A stretch of 64,000 nucleotides of DNA, from positions 416 through 64,415 of the forward strand of contig JAQYWO010000014.1 of NCBI GenBank assembly GCA_029379215.1, given 5' to 3'. This document shows positions 1-9,104 of the stretch, one piece after another. The DNA comes from Rhizonema sp. PD37 (GTDB lineage: Bacteria; Cyanobacteriota; Cyanobacteriia; Cyanobacteriales; Nostocaceae). The notes under the pieces are model-generated. The model made no database searches. It saw nothing but the letters and a program-made list of their open reading frames with translations, and was not told the DNA's origin. How positions within the stretch are numbered: the stretch's first letter is position 1; each line of letters begins with the position of its first letter. Both the position numbers and the translations under genes were made by a program.

Positions 1-1
1 G

Positions 2-427
2 CTAAAAGTCGGTATTCAATGGTCATCTTTTGAAAAATTTCGTGCAGAAGGGGCAAGATGTCTTGAACCTATCAAAAACGGTACAATCGGTATTTTGCAA
101 ACTAAGACAGGTCAGTACCGCATCATAGAAGAGCGTGACTTTCAACAGATGTTGGGATTAGCTCGTGATGTAGATCGTGTCCGTCAAGGACTACGTATAC
201 TAATTCAGACTATTCGTGTTGTAAAGAAGCACCGAGATACTGATAGTATTAACCTATTGATAGAAGCTGCTTCTACGTTAGGTACTCTTCCTGAACTTCC
301 AACTCGTGATACATTTGATGCTTTACTTCCTGAAAGTACTGATGTAGATACTGAAGATGAAGTAGATATTGATCCAGATATTATCGTGCGTCCTTTTGAT
401 GAAAAAATTGTTACTTTGAAAGATTAA
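2..427 (+). CDS. hypothetical protein, 5'-partial (frame is open from the window edge; the listed TTG at 95 is probably internal)
   Basis: No stop in this frame from nt 2 to TAA 425-427. Acidic C-terminal tail (DVDTEDEVDIDPD). The stop overlaps the ATG of the next ORF (TAATG). No family recognised with confidence. Confidence 0.45.
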   Translation, partial: LKVGIQWSSFEKFRAEGARCLEPIKNGTIGILQTKTGQYRIIEERDFQQMLGLARDVDRVRQGLRILIQTIRVVKKHRDTDSINLLIEAASTLGTLPELPTRDTFDALLPESTDVDTEDEVDIDPDIIVRPFDEKIVTLKD

Positions 428-1098
428 TGTCTGTTGATCCTATTACTACTTACTCTCCACCCAAAAATCTAGTGGAACTTGAAGCGCATTTACAAGACCT
501 CTCCCATTATGTATCAGCGCTTGAAATTATTCGGAACTTTGCCAAAAATCTTGGCAAAACAAACCATCGTCAGCAAGTTTTTAATGCAAAAAGGGCTATT
601 ATACGTCCACCTATTGAGTATAAAGACGTGCTTAATCTAAAGCTATTAACTGCTGACGATGATTCTTTTACTCTTTTGCAAGGCGATATTGTTAATACGG
701 ATGCAGCTTACTTTTTAGGTGAACGTATCACTAACACAAACTTTGTGATAGCTAGTTCCACTTGTGATATCGTTCCTGATCGTCGTCAATATGCGGCATT
801 ACTACGCATACAACCAATTATGAGGAGTAATCCAAATGTTAAGCAACTCATTGGGGAACTTTTAAAATTTGAATCTACGCAACGTATGTATCTACCACCA
901 CTTTCAAACGATTCGTCCGATGTAATTGGAAACGCTTTACTATTTGATGGAATTATACAAATACGATTGGAGGATTTATTATTAGCTACACGACTTGCTA
1001 GTTTAAGTTTAGTAGGATGGCGTATCTTTGGATCACTGGTTCGTACAATCATGGTTCGTGCAGGGACAGATGAGGTAAAGATAAGAACTGCTATCTAG
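427..1098 (+). CDS. hypothetical protein (223 aa), translationally coupled to the upstream ORF
   Basis: Long ORF with a 1-nt stop/start overlap with the preceding ORF. No recognisable motif. Confidence 0.55.
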   Translation: MSVDPITTYSPPKNLVELEAHLQDLSHYVSALEIIRNFAKNLGKTNHRQQVFNAKRAIIRPPIEYKDVLNLKLLTADDDSFTLLQGDIVNTDAAYFLGERITNTNFVIASSTCDIVPDRRQYAALLRIQPIMRSNPNVKQLIGELLKFESTQRMYLPPLSNDSSDVIGNALLFDGIIQIRLEDLLLATRLASLSLVGWRIFGSLVRTIMVRAGTDEVKIRTAI

Positions 1099-1133
1099 AT
1101 AATCACATTTCCATTGTACACAATCTGCATTCT

Positions 1134-1298
1134 TTACCCTAAAAAACTAAGTTGTAGAACGGCATTCTGTTTATCTTCAGGTGTGACACCTAAATACTTC
1201 TGTAGTTCATTAAGAGAAGCATGACCACTGATCGCTTGAATGTGGCTTTTAATGAAAAATTGGTAGGCGTAGTCGCGGAGATTAGTGGGGATTGTCAT
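1134..1298 (-). pseudogene. tyrosine recombinase (phage-integrase family) C-terminal stump
   Basis: My translation of a 54-codon ORF below the track cutoff: MTIPTNLRDYAYQFFIKSHIQAISGHASLNELQKYLGVTPEDKQNAV... This fits the LRH...GH.s..tt..Y end of integrases (second His in SGHASL, Tyr in QKYLGV). The N-terminal ~250 aa are absent. Confidence 0.45.
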
Positions 1299-1322
1299 AG
1301 TTCATCAAAGATGCTGTTTGCT

Positions 1323-4259
1323 CTACCGAACTTTGAATTGCCCGACACTTTCCTGCAATAATTGAGCCACTTGGCGCAATTGCTCAAACGACTCGGTGAC
1401 GTGATTTGCTTCTGCGGAAGTTTGATTGGCGATCAAGGCAATATTGTGCATAGTTTGGGTGACGATCTCGGAGGTTTGGGATTGAGAAATCGTTGCTTGA
1501 GAGATCGTAGTCACTAGTTGACTAATTTCAGAACTGACTGCTGTGATTTTATTCAAGCTTCGGCGAGTGACATCTATTAAATTCGTTCCCGTCACAACCT
1601 GCTCTGTTCCTGATTCTATCGCTGCAACTATCTCCCTGGTTTGTGCTTGAATGTTGAACACCAAGTGTCTGATTTCTTCTGTCGCTTCTGCGGATTGTCG
1701 TGCTAGGATGCGCACTTCATCGGCAATGATTGAAAAACCTCTTCCTTGCGATCCTACTCGCGATGCCTCCACCGAAGCATTGATTGCCAGAGTGTTGGTT
1801 CGAGTAGCAAAAGCATCAATTAAGTCAACGGCTTTAGAAATTTTTTGTGAAGACTCTCCAAGATATTTCACCTTCTTAGCTGTATCCGCAACAGTTAACC
1901 GGATTGCATGCATTCCATCCACTGTTTGGTTCATGACAGCATCTCCTTCTGCCACAGTTCGATCTGCTTCTTTCACTGCTTCTTCGGCGCGTACAGCATT
2001 GGCAGCAACTTCTCTTGCCTTGTTCGCCATTGCTGTCACCAGTGTTAAGGCAGTGCTGATTTCCTCTGCTTGCACTAATGCCTCTGTTGATAAAGATTGC
2101 ACTGAAATATCATTTGTGCTGGTTATCACAACAACTTGCGCGGTTGCTTTCTGCACCTGAAGCACAATTTTCCATAAGCTAGCTACAGTAGTATTGTAGA
2201 CATCCGCGAGCGTGCCAATTTCATCATCCGTCACCTTCGCCCAGATCGTCAAATCTCCTTGATTGATGGGGTCTACTTCTGCAAGCAGTTGTAATGCCCG
2301 TTTTTGCAGTCTTTCTTTAAGTTGACGCTGCTCTTCTGCTAGACGGAGCGTTCTCTCTAGCAATTCTACTCGATTGATCAAAAGCCCAAGCTCATGACCT
2401 AAGCGCTTGAGGAAATCGATCTCAGACTTGTGCCAATCGCGGGGACTAGAGCAGCTGTGAGCGATCAACAACCCGAAAAGTTCACCGCCACCAAGAATAG
2501 GAACGATCAAACTTGCTTTGACTTGTAATTGTTCAAGCAACTTGAGATGTTCGAGATGAAACCCTGCCAGGAAAATGTCATCTTCGACTAAAACTCGACC
2601 TTGTTGGTAGGCGTCACGAACTACTTGAGGAATGCAGGAATCATTGACATTAAGTTCAAGGGTACTTGGCAAGCCTGCCGCAACCGATTCTGAGATAACG
2701 CCTCCACTCGATTCTGCATTAAAGCGATAAATCACAAGCCGATCAAGTTGCAGGAGATTCCGGGTTCCCTCAAGAGTCCAATCAAAAATATCTTGAAGAT
2801 CCTGTGTCCGTATTGCCCCAGCCCCTTTTGCTGTCGTCAGCAACCGCTCTTGTTCTGCTTCAAACGCTTGTGCCTCTAAAAATTCCTGCAACTGTTCTGC
2901 CATCTGGTTGATGTTGCTTCCCAATGAAGCAATTTCATCTCTTCCCTGAAAGGATAGGCGAGTTCCCAACGCTCCTTGACCAATTTTTTCAACCGCTCTT
3001 ACCGCAGCTACAATTGGGCGAGTTGCTCGGTTCGCAAGAACTGCGGCGATCGCAGCTACCAATAAAGTGGTGATACTAGTTCCAACTGAGAGGATGAGCA
3101 GGTATTGTCGTTGCGTAGCGAAAGCAATGTCTGTATCGATAGAAACAATCGCCCGCCAATCAAGATAAGGCAACCCTCGAAGCGGCACAGGAGGACTGTA
3201 AATGAGCAGTTGCTCGGTCTTAGTTATTGAATTGTAGAAGATAGCAGTGCTGATTTCATGAACTGCCATAAGATGCTTAAAGAAAGGATAAATCTCTTCA
3301 GCAACAATTTTTTTGTATTCCTTTGGGCTATCCGTTGCTTCTGTATTTGAAGGCTCAAATGTGATCTCTCTTGTAGCTTCAGTAGAGCCTTTCGGACCCA
3401 GAAAAACTTCGTTATCAGCATTCATCAGGTAATACTGTGTCCCTTGAGTCCCATAATTTCGGAGTACCTCATCCAGAAATGCTATTGGAACACGCGCACG
3501 GATGAAACCAATAGGTCGATCTGTTTCTTTATCTTTGATAACGGAAGCGGAATAAAAACAAAAAACCTTTGAGCTTTCTGAAAGCTCTGGCTGGCTGATA
3601 CTCGTCGTTTCGTCATTGTTTAAAGCGGCTTGAATATAATTTTGGTCGAGCTGGTTGCCAAGTGCGGCTCCTGTAGTTTGAGCGACTACATTCCCCTGTA
3701 AATCAAAAATCGCAATGCTATCATAGATGCCATAGATATTCATTAAGCGCGTCAGAACTGCCACCTTATCTCGCTCTGTCGTGTGCGATCGCAACTCACG
3801 TTTGGTAAACACATCTAGGCTCGCCATAACCTGGATATTACTCAAGCATTGACGCATAAACAGGTTCGCTGTCTGTTGTAAGTCAACTACCCTCGCTTTG
3901 CCAAAAGCTTCCACTTGCTTGGTAATCGAGCGATTGGCAAAGTAATAGCCAGTTATCCCAATTGCCAACACTGGAATTGTACTCATCACAACTGCAACAG
4001 AGGTGACTTTTGCTCTCACATTAACGCCTTTCCACCAGCGAACTATCTTACCTTTAAGAGGCGTCTGTAAGTTGTCAGTTATCGGCTTGGTTCCGTCTAA
4101 CAGGAGCCGATGAGAAGTGAGACGAGATTGTAGAGGCTTTCTCAAATGAGGCGCTACAGCATCTACACAAGTTGCATGCATTGAATCAGTACTCTGCTCT
4201 TGAGCAGATTTGGAGGGTTGGTGTTCACTAGAATGAGACTTGAATGGCTTTTGAACCAT
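1323..4259 (-). CDS. methyl-accepting chemotaxis protein: TM, periplasmic sensor, TM, HAMP, cyanobacteriochrome-type GAF, MCP signalling domain
   Basis: C-terminal MCP signature (TNTLAINASVEASRVG..GRGFSIIADEVRILA). GAF block LDRLVIYRF...GGVISESV...QVKASLIVPI. Two hydrophobic segments. Start moved to MVQKPF (ATG 4259-4257); the upstream extension to 4451 looks non-coding. Confidence 0.9.
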   Translation of the reverse strand: MVQKPFKSHSSEHQPSKSAQEQSTDSMHATCVDAVAPHLRKPLQSRLTSHRLLLDGTKPITDNLQTPLKGKIVRWWKGVNVRAKVTSVAVVMSTIPVLAIGITGYYFANRSITKQVEAFGKARVVDLQQTANLFMRQCLSNIQVMASLDVFTKRELRSHTTERDKVAVLTRLMNIYGIYDSIAIFDLQGNVVAQTTGAALGNQLDQNYIQAALNNDETTSISQPELSESSKVFCFYSASVIKDKETDRPIGFIRARVPIAFLDEVLRNYGTQGTQYYLMNADNEVFLGPKGSTEATREITFEPSNTEATDSPKEYKKIVAEEIYPFFKHLMAVHEISTAIFYNSITKTEQLLIYSPPVPLRGLPYLDWRAIVSIDTDIAFATQRQYLLILSVGTSITTLLVAAIAAVLANRATRPIVAAVRAVEKIGQGALGTRLSFQGRDEIASLGSNINQMAEQLQEFLEAQAFEAEQERLLTTAKGAGAIRTQDLQDIFDWTLEGTRNLLQLDRLVIYRFNAESSGGVISESVAAGLPSTLELNVNDSCIPQVVRDAYQQGRVLVEDDIFLAGFHLEHLKLLEQLQVKASLIVPILGGGELFGLLIAHSCSSPRDWHKSEIDFLKRLGHELGLLINRVELLERTLRLAEEQRQLKERLQKRALQLLAEVDPINQGDLTIWAKVTDDEIGTLADVYNTTVASLWKIVLQVQKATAQVVVITSTNDISVQSLSTEALVQAEEISTALTLVTAMANKAREVAANAVRAEEAVKEADRTVAEGDAVMNQTVDGMHAIRLTVADTAKKVKYLGESSQKISKAVDLIDAFATRTNTLAINASVEASRVGSQGRGFSIIADEVRILARQSAEATEEIRHLVFNIQAQTREIVAAIESGTEQVVTGTNLIDVTRRSLNKITAVSSEISQLVTTISQATISQSQTSEIVTQTMHNIALIANQTSAEANHVTESFEQLRQVAQLLQESVGQFKVR

Positions 4260-4697
4260 AAAAATATATATGTATACCTGGTTACTTATTACCGGCGCAT
4301 GGCAGGCAAAATGGCAGAAACGTCCAAAATTGCTAATATCACATCGTTCGATTTTCGCCAATACCCGCAAAATTTGTGTTAATTGAGGATAAAGCGTCAA
4401 GTTTGAAGGGCTTTGAATGGCTTGCCACTCAAAGCCCTTGAATATCTTCAACTCGATTGACGACGAGCCCTAACGCCTGACTTTTCTACTGAGTCTGTAT
4501 GGATGGGCGATCTGCCACTTGCAACATGATCGTCTCATACACCGGAGGACTAGTATCCTGCTGGTATTCATTTAGTAGCTACAGCTTAGCAAGATACATT
4601 CACCTAAAACTCTCGGTAGATGTGGAAGCCCCGTAACTTTAGTTCGGGGATGAAACATGACACGTGCGATTTTAATCGCCGTGTACAAATCTGAGCA

Positions 4698-6026
4698 TCA
4701 AAAACCATAAGAGTAACCGTCTCTTTGATGAATAGATGAACAATATTTGTAACTAATTCCCGCCACTCTACCTTTTGGAGTAGAAATATCAAAACTACCA
4801 GTTGCACGGCACAAAACTCTACCAACATAAGTACCACCCTTTTTCCCTTTGGTGACAACAGCCTTGATGATGTCGCCAGTCTGGAAGCCAAAATGGATTT
4901 GTTGATGAGTGCGATAACGCTGTGGAAAACCATACTTATTAGTAGCGCACATTTGACGTTTCCCGTGCCCATTCGCTGTAATTAGCAGTGGTTTTATGCC
5001 TTTGATCATGAGAGTAGGAGTAGATTTACCTACACAAGCCGCATCAATCCAATGAGTTTTTTCCAGGTTTTGGGTAGTCCGATGAAACTTGGTTAACCCC
5101 GACGACCCTGTTTCTACAGGTAATCCAGTTGCCTTAAGCATTTCTAAGAGCTTAAATCTGGTTGCATTAACAGCCGCAGTATCAGCCAACGGTTTCTGAG
5201 CTTGCTGAGAAATCTTCTTCAACCTTTGTGGGTCTTTTTTTAGAAAATCTCTAATATCCATAGTCCCTTTTTTGATGTTGCAGTTCTCACAACTTAAAGT
5301 CAGATTAGCCAGCCGATTAGAACCTCCTTTCGCTCTTGGATGAATGTGTTCAATTTGCAAGGGAATCTCTTTCAGTCCGCAGTAAGCACATTGTCTCCCC
5401 CATTTCTCCAACAAATACTCGCGAGTTTCGTATCCTGCAAGAGTTCCCTGTTGGTATTCTTTTCCCTGGATTTTAGGGTTCTGCATTAATTGGGTGTCAA
5501 ACCTGACTAATTCTTGAGATATGGCAGTAATAGGGGCAAACTTGCACAACCTCTTAACCCACGTTTCAATATTATGAACACGACTCATCAAGCTTGGTGC
5601 TAACCACCCATCTCTACGTTGTTGAGGACATGGTTGCTTATTTCCCTTCCTAAACCATTCGTGTTTTGGCGGCTGTCGGTAACGGGTTTTGCGATTTCTT
5701 CGAGTTCGACGTAGTTGACGCCGTGATGTTAGAGAATCTCTGATAGCAAAACCGCGATGTTGCAGTTCTGCCGCCCATACAACTTCTCCACTGGCATCAT
5801 TAACAACAGCAATACCAGTTGTTCTTGAACCTGGGTCAATCTTAATTCTTAATGGTTCTACAACAGCATCTGGTTTTGACTCGACGAGGATAATTGTGAA
5901 CGGAAATTTGCGAAAGATTACGGCTTTTTTGTTTCTCAACAGTTGCCGCGCTTGGGCTGGATGAATTGGATTTTGGGGTCTTTTTTTGGTGTCGATTACT
6001 AGTGCTTTGCTCATAAGAGCCTCCAT
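4698..6026 (-). CDS. iscB: IscB RNA-guided endonuclease (PLMP-like N-terminus, split RuvC, RRXRR bridge helix, HNH, C-terminal beta-barrel)
   Basis: NPIHPAQARQLL..FPFTIIL (PLMP-like). IKIDPGSRTTGIAVV (RuvC-I). RRQLRRTRRNRKTRYR (Arg-rich helix). CAYCG...IEHIHPRAKGGSNRLANLTLSCENCNIKK (HNH). HWIDAACVG (RuvC-III). About 440 aa. All catalytic positions appear intact. The start may be the MSKALV Met at 6014. Confidence 0.85.
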   Translation of the reverse strand: MEALMSKALVIDTKKRPQNPIHPAQARQLLRNKKAVIFRKFPFTIILVESKPDAVVEPLRIKIDPGSRTTGIAVVNDASGEVVWAAELQHRGFAIRDSLTSRRQLRRTRRNRKTRYRQPPKHEWFRKGNKQPCPQQRRDGWLAPSLMSRVHNIETWVKRLCKFAPITAISQELVRFDTQLMQNPKIQGKEYQQGTLAGYETREYLLEKWGRQCAYCGLKEIPLQIEHIHPRAKGGSNRLANLTLSCENCNIKKGTMDIRDFLKKDPQRLKKISQQAQKPLADTAAVNATRFKLLEMLKATGLPVETGSSGLTKFHRTTQNLEKTHWIDAACVGKSTPTLMIKGIKPLLITANGHGKRQMCATNKYGFPQRYRTHQQIHFGFQTGDIIKAVVTKGKKGGTYVGRVLCRATGSFDISTPKGRVAGISYKYCSSIHQRDGYSYGF

Positions 6027-6370
6027 TACTGGGTAAAGTTTGCCTCGCTAATGTTATTGGTCGGTACTTTCCAAGCAGCACGGATTTAACTCTCTAATCT
6101 TTTTAACTACTCGGTTCTAGGGTTCATGGACTGGCACGCATCCAGAAGTAGGAATTTTAACACTTGCCAATAACGTAGTACTCGGGGTACTTAAGCTGGT
6201 CAACTATGCTTAAAGTCGTAAACATGAGCGCGAGGCTAGATGCTCCGTGTCTTTAGACCGGAGTCGTTGACACGATTAGACTAGAGTCTCCAACCATCCC
6301 TGATAAAGATAAATATTAAGATGCTTCTTTCAGATCTTGAGCGCTATAAAGATCTGTAGGCTCTAAGATG
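6027..6370 (-). ncRNA. candidate omega-RNA of IscB (scaffold immediately 5' of the iscB ORF; 5' end/guide position unknown)
   Basis: About 300 nt of non-coding, GC-balanced sequence sits directly upstream of iscB on the same strand. No credible ORF. In OMEGA systems the omega-RNA is encoded here. Assigned by position only. Confidence 0.4.
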
Positions 6371-6725
6371 CACTTTGTATAGGTTTAAACAGCAGTAGGA
6401 TTTATGATCGTGCATCAGATGTCTTTTGACAATAGAAATGTATCATACTTAACTAAATCTTTAGTTATACTTTACATAAAAAGAAAATAAATTAACTAAT
6501 TCACTCGGATTTCTGACCAGTTGAGGCAGAAACACAAATCAAACACTGTCAAAACATAGAATTTACCCGTCTCTTTTCAGCAATAGGGTTAGACGGAGGA
6601 GGTTTTAGCTTCAGCAAGCATGAATTTGCGTGTTGATCGGGAGCGTTAGGCAGATGGAAATCAACAATTCTGAATGCGATCGCTAAATTCATCAAGCAAA
6701 TAAGCACCTATTTTTTTGTAGACTA

Positions 6726-6768
6726 AAACCCCGGTCAGTATTTCCGTACTAACCGGGGTTTTGTTTTC
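6726..6768. terminator. intrinsic terminator-like hairpin, possibly bidirectional
   Basis: AAACCCCGGT (6726-6735) pairs with ACCGGGGTTT (6752-6761). It is followed by TTTTGTTTT on the + strand and TTTTAG on the - strand. Confidence 0.55.
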
Positions 6769-6832
6769 TAACAGTATTCTTTGTTGCCTTGGAAAACAAC
6801 ATTTCAGAATGTCAGCTGAATTTACAAAGAAA

Positions 6833-7090
6833 GGCAGAAAGCAGAAGGTTTGAAGTACTAATAAAAACTTTAGTTCTGGAGCCAGTGCGTTGCGCGGGTT
6901 CCCCGCGTTGAAGCATCTGGCGTGGTATAAAGCCCAGTAAAAAAAAAGAATTGTATCGAGACGCGTAGCGCGAGATACAAAGCGTCCAAGCTATGATCCC
7001 ACGTTTTTAAACGTGGGATCATAGCTGCCCTCTGCCTTCTCCTTCGGAGACGCTGCGCGAACGTACTTCTGCCTTCTGAATGCGATCGCA
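6833..7090. repeat. cluster of small dispersed palindromic repeats
   Basis: Perfect 17-bp-stem palindrome GCTATGATCCCACGTTT/AAACGTGGGATCATAGC (about 6990-7026). The unit cagtgcgttgcgcgggttccccgcgttgaagca (about 6883-6915) recurs inverted at about 58160-58192. The 73-aa ORF here is not credible. Confidence 0.6.
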
Positions 7091-7195
7091 CGGTACTTAA
7101 TTTATTGACGGAAATTTAAGTAATCAGAAACGAGAGTGATTACAAATACAAGTGGAATTGTTAGAGGTTTCGTTTTGGAGGCAGCGATCCGCGCA

Positions 7196-8722
7196 TCAAA
7201 TGTCTCCACTTGCAATCATCTGTATCATTTGCGGTACTCCAGGATCGAAGCCTGCAATATCGTAGGATAAAGGGTCTTTTGGATCTACCAGTGTGATTTG
7301 GTAAGGTGCAAGGGTGACATAAACTGCCTTGACTTCTGGATTCACCTTTTTGCGATACTCCGCCAGCGCTTGAGTTGGATGCTTGTAACCTGCCCAGCTT
7401 TCAGAGTCAGTCCAGCAGCAAACGACATCTGCTTTGAACTTGTTCTTAATCATCCAGTCATAAGTCACAGACGCATCTGTGCCGCCGAAGTTTTGATTGC
7501 TGGCTTTGCGAACCGCTGAATTAAAACTATCTTTGGCTGTGATTCCCAAGTCGCGGAATTCAGTACTAAACCCGCGAATCATGTAATTCTTCTCTGCTTT
7601 TGCTGTCACCAATGCCATTGTTGTGGCAATTTCACAACAGCTTAGTCCCATATCCGCAACTAAGGTACCCATAGAACCAGAAACATCTACGGCGTGCATA
7701 AAGACTTTGCCTGTAGGTTGGACGACATCAAAAGATAATTCAACCGCCTTTTCTAAGATGTCTACAATTCGGTTAACTGGATTCCAAGTTTTTTTACTGC
7801 GTCCTAAACTTCCACCTGATTGATAAGTCTTAAGGGCTTTTAAGACATTAATAGGGTGGATACGACCTTTACGCAGATGTTCTTTGTTATTAAGAACTGC
7901 TTCTACCCGCAGTAAATTGTCGCTTTCATCAGTTCGCAAAACACCCAGTTCAGTCAGCGAACCTAAGTTCCTGAGCAATGCACCAATTGGCATTTCTTGG
8001 AACAGCAACTGCCAAGCAGATTTGTCCATCTTGCCTATAGGTGCTGCCATTTCGTGAGTTAGGCGTCCTTGGGCAATGGCTTCTTGTGTCCGATCTGGAT
8101 TGCGTTTCAGCCACTCATACCACCAAATCTGTACCAAGGCCGTAGAAGGGATTTCTGATGGTAAGACAACCCATCCTTTAACAACCCATTCAAACAATTG
8201 TTGGTGTTCTACGGTTGGTGGTTTGATATGGAACAAACGCAAGGCGTCGCGACTGGAAAAGTTATGGCGTTGCTGGTACTTCAGCAACTGGTAAGCCAAA
8301 CCCTTAACGTCTTCTCGTAAAAACCAGTTTTTCCCTGCTTCGCGTACAACTTTACCAAATCCGCGCATGGACTTGGTGTAGCTCAACCACTCGTAAAAAT
8401 GGCTACCCGTGCGAATGACTTTGGGGAAGATTTCCGCAAATGCCTTTTTGGCTTCTGGTGCTTCACCCATCGACAGCAAGACTAACGCCAGGATCGGCGC
8501 ACTGTTATTAATGGCACGTCCATCGCTAGCATACAGGATTTCATCGGCTACAAGTTGGGGATTTTCGGCGATCGCCTGTCTGACAACCATGACAAAATCC
8601 TCAGTTAACTCCTGCTTTCCTGCATAGTAAGTGCTTTGTGCCGTGCCAATCAGCAAACAGCGTCGCAGCATTTGCCTTCTCCCAGCATCAAACATCCAAC
8701 CGCCAGAACGTCCCTGGATCAT
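7196..8722 (-). CDS. rsr: Ro60-related protein Rsr (TROVE domain + vWA domain)
   Basis: 508 aa. TROVE-like N-terminal part. C-terminal vWA with MIDAS motif (HAVDVSGSM...GGTD). tRNA-like RNAs lie directly upstream, as at other bacterial rsr loci. Confidence 0.85.
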   Translation of the reverse strand: MIQGRSGGWMFDAGRRQMLRRCLLIGTAQSTYYAGKQELTEDFVMVVRQAIAENPQLVADEILYASDGRAINNSAPILALVLLSMGEAPEAKKAFAEIFPKVIRTGSHFYEWLSYTKSMRGFGKVVREAGKNWFLREDVKGLAYQLLKYQQRHNFSSRDALRLFHIKPPTVEHQQLFEWVVKGWVVLPSEIPSTALVQIWWYEWLKRNPDRTQEAIAQGRLTHEMAAPIGKMDKSAWQLLFQEMPIGALLRNLGSLTELGVLRTDESDNLLRVEAVLNNKEHLRKGRIHPINVLKALKTYQSGGSLGRSKKTWNPVNRIVDILEKAVELSFDVVQPTGKVFMHAVDVSGSMGTLVADMGLSCCEIATTMALVTAKAEKNYMIRGFSTEFRDLGITAKDSFNSAVRKASNQNFGGTDASVTYDWMIKNKFKADVVCCWTDSESWAGYKHPTQALAEYRKKVNPEVKAVYVTLAPYQITLVDPKDPLSYDIAGFDPGVPQMIQMIASGDI

Positions 8723-8834
8723 TTCTGCTTCCCGTCCAGGAATTGGCTGAGTCTGTGGAGTCTCTGTCTTTTTTTGTGTAAATAACTTGTAGTTTATTGT
8801 ATTATCTCCCAGCCTTTACAGGCAAAAATCGAAG

Positions 8835-8959
8835 GTGGCGGAGCAGGACTCGAACCTGCGACATCCGGCTTGGAAGGCGATAACCCTAATTCTTCGGCCT
8901 TTACAGGCAAGGGATGAACAAGGATGTTTTCGGCGTTCTATCCACTGAACTATCCGCCA
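8835..8959 (-). ncRNA. tRNA-like RNA 1 (candidate Y RNA, YrlA-like)
   Basis: On the minus strand: acceptor TGGCGGA/TCCGCCA (7 bp perfect), D arm GTTC-AGTGGATA-GAAC, T arm GCAGG-TTCGAGT-CCTGC. About 70 nt occupy the anticodon-arm position, including GCCU-GUAA-AGGC. No encoded CCA. Confidence 0.55.
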
Positions 8960-9104
8960 CATAATTAAAGCGCGGAGTAGGGGCAGGTGAAGAGCGATTA
9001 ATCTTGGATATGATAAGCTATTTGATTAAATCTGCCCGTACAGGAGGCGCGGAGTGGAAATAAAATTCCTCACTCTTAACCTTTCACTCATCACTGAAAT
9101 TGGT

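Larger units (their letters stand above)
4452..6370 (-). mobile_element. IscB-type element of the IS200/IS605 superfamily, non-autonomous (no tnpA); ends not defined
   Basis: iscB ORF plus structured non-coding flanks. Hairpin just after the stop (about 4655-4680, acacgtgcgatt/atcgccgtgt). 8-bp stem CAGATCTT/AAGATCTG at about 6332-6358. Boundaries are my estimate. Confidence 0.45.

Noticed and set aside
1651-2160. Antisense and shadow ORFs inside well-supported genes. Examples are 1651-2160, 7298-8627 (several), 10845-11655, 12795-13272, 25691-26159, 29052-29609, 35779-36579, 37057-37372, 45906-47808, 48341-48640, 51729-56446 and 61408-61998.
   Set aside because: Each lies within a longer ORF that has clear family motifs on the opposite strand or in another frame, and none has motifs of its own.
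4260-4451. N-terminal 64-codon extension of the chemoreceptor ORF
   Set aside because: It has Cys/Phe-rich, low-complexity-free but atypical composition, and a good internal Met is followed by a plausible cytoplasmic N-terminus and the first TM. This is probably a 5' leader or the IS flank read through in frame.
4604-4972. 122-aa ORF overlapping the 3' end of iscB, and the 79-aa ORF 5842-6081 overlapping its 5' end
   Set aside because: Both are same-strand out-of-frame overlaps with a well-supported gene, and neither has motifs. The second lies over the putative omega-RNA/iscB junction.
6870-7091. 73-aa ORF
   Set aside because: It lies entirely within a cluster of palindromic dispersed repeats. 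The Arg-rich translation is typical of GC-rich repeat read-through.
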